The notes under the pieces: model-generated | What the model saw: only the letters and a program-made list of their open reading frames with translations | What the model was told of the DNA's origin: nothing | Databases searched by the model: none | Shown: positions 59,590 through 64,000 of the stretch, in pieces | Numbering within the stretch: position 1 is the first letter of the stretch | How the letters are laid out: each line of letters opens with the position of its first letter | NCBI GenBank assembly: GCA_037441565.1 | Contig: JBBIRW010000005.1 | Location: 69,917-133,916, forward strand | DNA from: Deltaproteobacteria bacterium | Lineage (GTDB): Bacteria; Desulfobacterota; JBBIRW01 | Direction: 5' to 3' | DNA length: 64,000 nucleotides | Made by a program: the position numbers and the translations under genes

Positions 59590-60714
59590 ATGGAGATAAG
59601 TATAAAAAGGGAACCTTTTTTAAGAGCACTTCAGAAGATCCAAGGAATTGTTGAAAAGAGAGTTACTATGCCAATCTTATCACATTGTCTTGTTGAAGTT
59701 ACGGGAGGAAAGGGCTTAATGTTGACAGCGACGGATATGGAAATTTTGTTAAACACAAGGGTTGAATGTAATATCAAGAGAGAGGGAAGGGTAGCAGTTC
59801 CAGCAAGAAAACTATTTGAGATCGTGAGGGACCTTCCAGGGGATCATATAAATATGAAATGGAAGGAGGGTTATTTTCTTGAAATAACAAGTGGTAAAAG
59901 TATATTTAAAATAACGTCACTTCCTGCTGATGAATTTCCAAGCATTAATCTTGAAATTGCCAAATGTATAGAGATAGAGGCTGAAGCCCTGCAAAGATTA
60001 ATAGATAGATGTTTTTTTGCCGTATCAACAGATGAGACAAGATATAATCTGAACGGCATTTATTTTGAGGCGATAAGACCGAATAAATTAAGAGCTGTTG
60101 CAACGGATGGGCATAGATTATCTTACCATGAATATATGATTGGCGAGGAGAGATTGGGGAAACTTTTAATAACCTCATCAAAAAGGAGCGGTATAATTGT
60201 TCCAAGAAAGGGGATACAGGAAATAAGAAGATTGATAAGTGATGAGGAGAGTGTTGGCATTAATATCATGGAGTCATCGATAGGACTTGAGATTGAGGAA
60301 ACAAGGTTGACAATAAGGGCACTTGATGCAGAGTTTCCAGAGTACAAGCAGGTGATACCGAGGGAGAACAATAACAGGGCGATAATGGTGAGGGAGGATT
60401 TTCTTGATGCTATAAAAAGGGTATCGATTATTTCTTCTGAGAGGACGAGGGCAATTAAGTTGGATTTTAAAAAGGGATCATTGAAGATATCATCAGCAAA
60501 TCCTGACATTGGGGAAGCAGAAGAGGAGATAGATATTGAATATAATGGTTCCGAACTTCTGATAGCATTCAATGCAAAATATCTTATTGATGTACTGGAG
60601 AATTCAGAAAGTAGCAATGTTGTAATGGAGATGAAAGATGATCTATCACCAGTAGTTGTAAAATTTATCGGAGAGGAGGATAATTTAAATATAATCATGC
60701 CCATGCGAATCTAA
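59590..60714 (+). CDS. dnaN: DNA polymerase III subunit beta (sliding clamp)
   Basis: Three-domain clamp of 374 aa with typical N-terminus (L.R..L...L..V.......P.L) and C-terminus (MPMRI). Confidence 0.97.
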   Translation: MEISIKREPFLRALQKIQGIVEKRVTMPILSHCLVEVTGGKGLMLTATDMEILLNTRVECNIKREGRVAVPARKLFEIVRDLPGDHINMKWKEGYFLEITSGKSIFKITSLPADEFPSINLEIAKCIEIEAEALQRLIDRCFFAVSTDETRYNLNGIYFEAIRPNKLRAVATDGHRLSYHEYMIGEERLGKLLITSSKRSGIIVPRKGIQEIRRLISDEESVGINIMESSIGLEIEETRLTIRALDAEFPEYKQVIPRENNNRAIMVREDFLDAIKRVSIISSERTRAIKLDFKKGSLKISSANPDIGEAEEEIDIEYNGSELLIAFNAKYLIDVLENSESSNVVMEMKDDLSPVVVKFIGEEDNLNIIMPMRI

Positions 60715-60798
60715 AAATCCCTTCTTAAAAATTTAGCCTATATATGATAGAATAATATAATTAAGCCTTTCACAGGATTATAAAAATCATATTGATAA

Positions 60799-63222
<2,424 letters not shown>

Positions 63223-63251
63223 TCCCCGGATAATTTCGATAAGGGTGCTAT

Positions 63252-64000
63252 ATGCCTGAAGGTCAGCAGATAATCCAGGTAAGCATAGAGGAGGAGCTCA
63301 AGAGGTCATATCTCGACTACGCAATGAGCGTGATTATTGGAAGGGCGCTTCCGGATGCAAGGGATGGGCTAAAGCCTGTTCACAGGAGAATCCTCTATGC
63401 GATGAGGGAACTTGGCCTTGAATGGAATAAGCCATTTAAGAAATCCGCAAGGGTTGTCGGGGACGTTATTGGAAAGTACCATCCTCATGGCGAAGGGGCT
63501 GTATATGATGCCATTGTCAGGATGGCACAGGATTTCACAACAAGATATCCTCTTATTGATGGACAGGGAAATTTCGGCTCAATAGATGGTGACCCTCCTG
63601 CGGCCATGCGCTACACGGAGATAAGGATGAGCCGCATAACCGCTGAGATGATGGAGGAGATAGATAAGGATACCGTTGATTTCCAGCCAAATTACGATGA
63701 GTCACTACAGGAACCCACAATACTACCAACAAAGATACCGAATCTCTTAATAAATGGCGCATCTGGTATTGCTGTTGGAATGGCAACAAATATACCACCC
63801 CACAATCTTAGAGAGATTAATGATGCGGCCATTGCCCTGCTTGAAAATCCAAATATAACAATCAGTGAACTAATTGAGTATGTGAAAGGGCCCGATTTCC
63901 CAACGGGGGGATTTATACTGGGGAAAGAGGGTGTTAAGGAGTCGTATGAGACAGGGAGGGGCACATTTCAGATAAGGGGAAGGGCAACGGTTGAGATAAA
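63252..64000 (+). CDS. gyrA: DNA gyrase subunit A (5' partial, runs off the window)
   Basis: Hand translation gives [51 protein letters not shown]... The frame stays open to the end of the window. It is absent from the ORF track because no stop is reached. Confidence 0.95.
   Translation, partial: MPEGQQIIQVSIEEELKRSYLDYAMSVIIGRALPDARDGLKPVHRRILYAMRELGLEWNKPFKKSARVVGDVIGKYHPHGEGAVYDAIVRMAQDFTTRYPLIDGQGNFGSIDGDPPAAMRYTEIRMSRITAEMMEEIDKDTVDFQPNYDESLQEPTILPTKIPNLLINGASGIAVGMATNIPPHNLREINDAAIALLENPNITISELIEYVKGPDFPTGGFILGKEGVKESYETGRGTFQIRGRATVEI

Overview
All calls rest on reading the translations and the DNA by eye. No database search, HMM or folding was run. This is an origin-proximal chromosomal segment of a moderately AT-rich bacterium. 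The lineage cannot be fixed from sequence alone; the gene content fits a diderm of the Nitrospirota or Thermodesulfobacteriota type, but that is inference only. The window is almost gap-free housekeeping DNA: about 60 protein genes, one tRNA-Phe, and no rRNA, CRISPR array, transposase or integrase. From the left end to 57752, 50 of 57 genes lie on the minus strand. From 58093 onward all four genes lie on the plus strand (dnaA, dnaN, gyrB, gyrA). The switch sits at the classic rpmH-rnpA-yidD-yidC-mnmE-rsmG-parA-parB // dnaA-dnaN-gyrB-gyrA origin arrangement. That region carries DnaA boxes and two perfect parS palindromes flanking rsmG. Other blocks, left to right:
- radA
- glycogen genes glgB-malQ
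- a heat-shock string (CIRCE-hrcA-grpE-dnaJ, then galU-hsp20-lon-thiL and two CNNM/CorC paralogs)
- a fused M16 peptidase with prmA, rsmE and an RDD protein
- pyrE, queE, ilvE, glnE, mtnA, a nicotinate phosphoribosyltransferase and gatCAB
- a ClC channel, then glmS-glmU
- a partial F-ATPase operon (b', b, delta, alpha, gamma, beta, epsilon; no a or c subunit)
- a bactofilin

The one clearly non-housekeeping element is a tightly packed four-gene cassette at 23505-26126 on the minus strand. It encodes:
- a 399-aa protein whose C-terminus looks like a UBC-type E2 (DHPHISYGKPC)
- a JAMM/MPN+ metalloprotease with a perfect HxH-x7-S-xx-D motif
- a minimal ThiF-type E1
- a 73-aa beta-grasp-like protein ending in RGG directly before the stop codon

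The cassette runs on into a SAMHD1-like HD hydrolase, a MerR-TPR protein and a LITAF-like split zinc-ribbon membrane protein. That string ends 2 nt from tRNA-Phe. I consider this ubiquitin-like conjugation module the best candidate for a new or poorly described system in the window.
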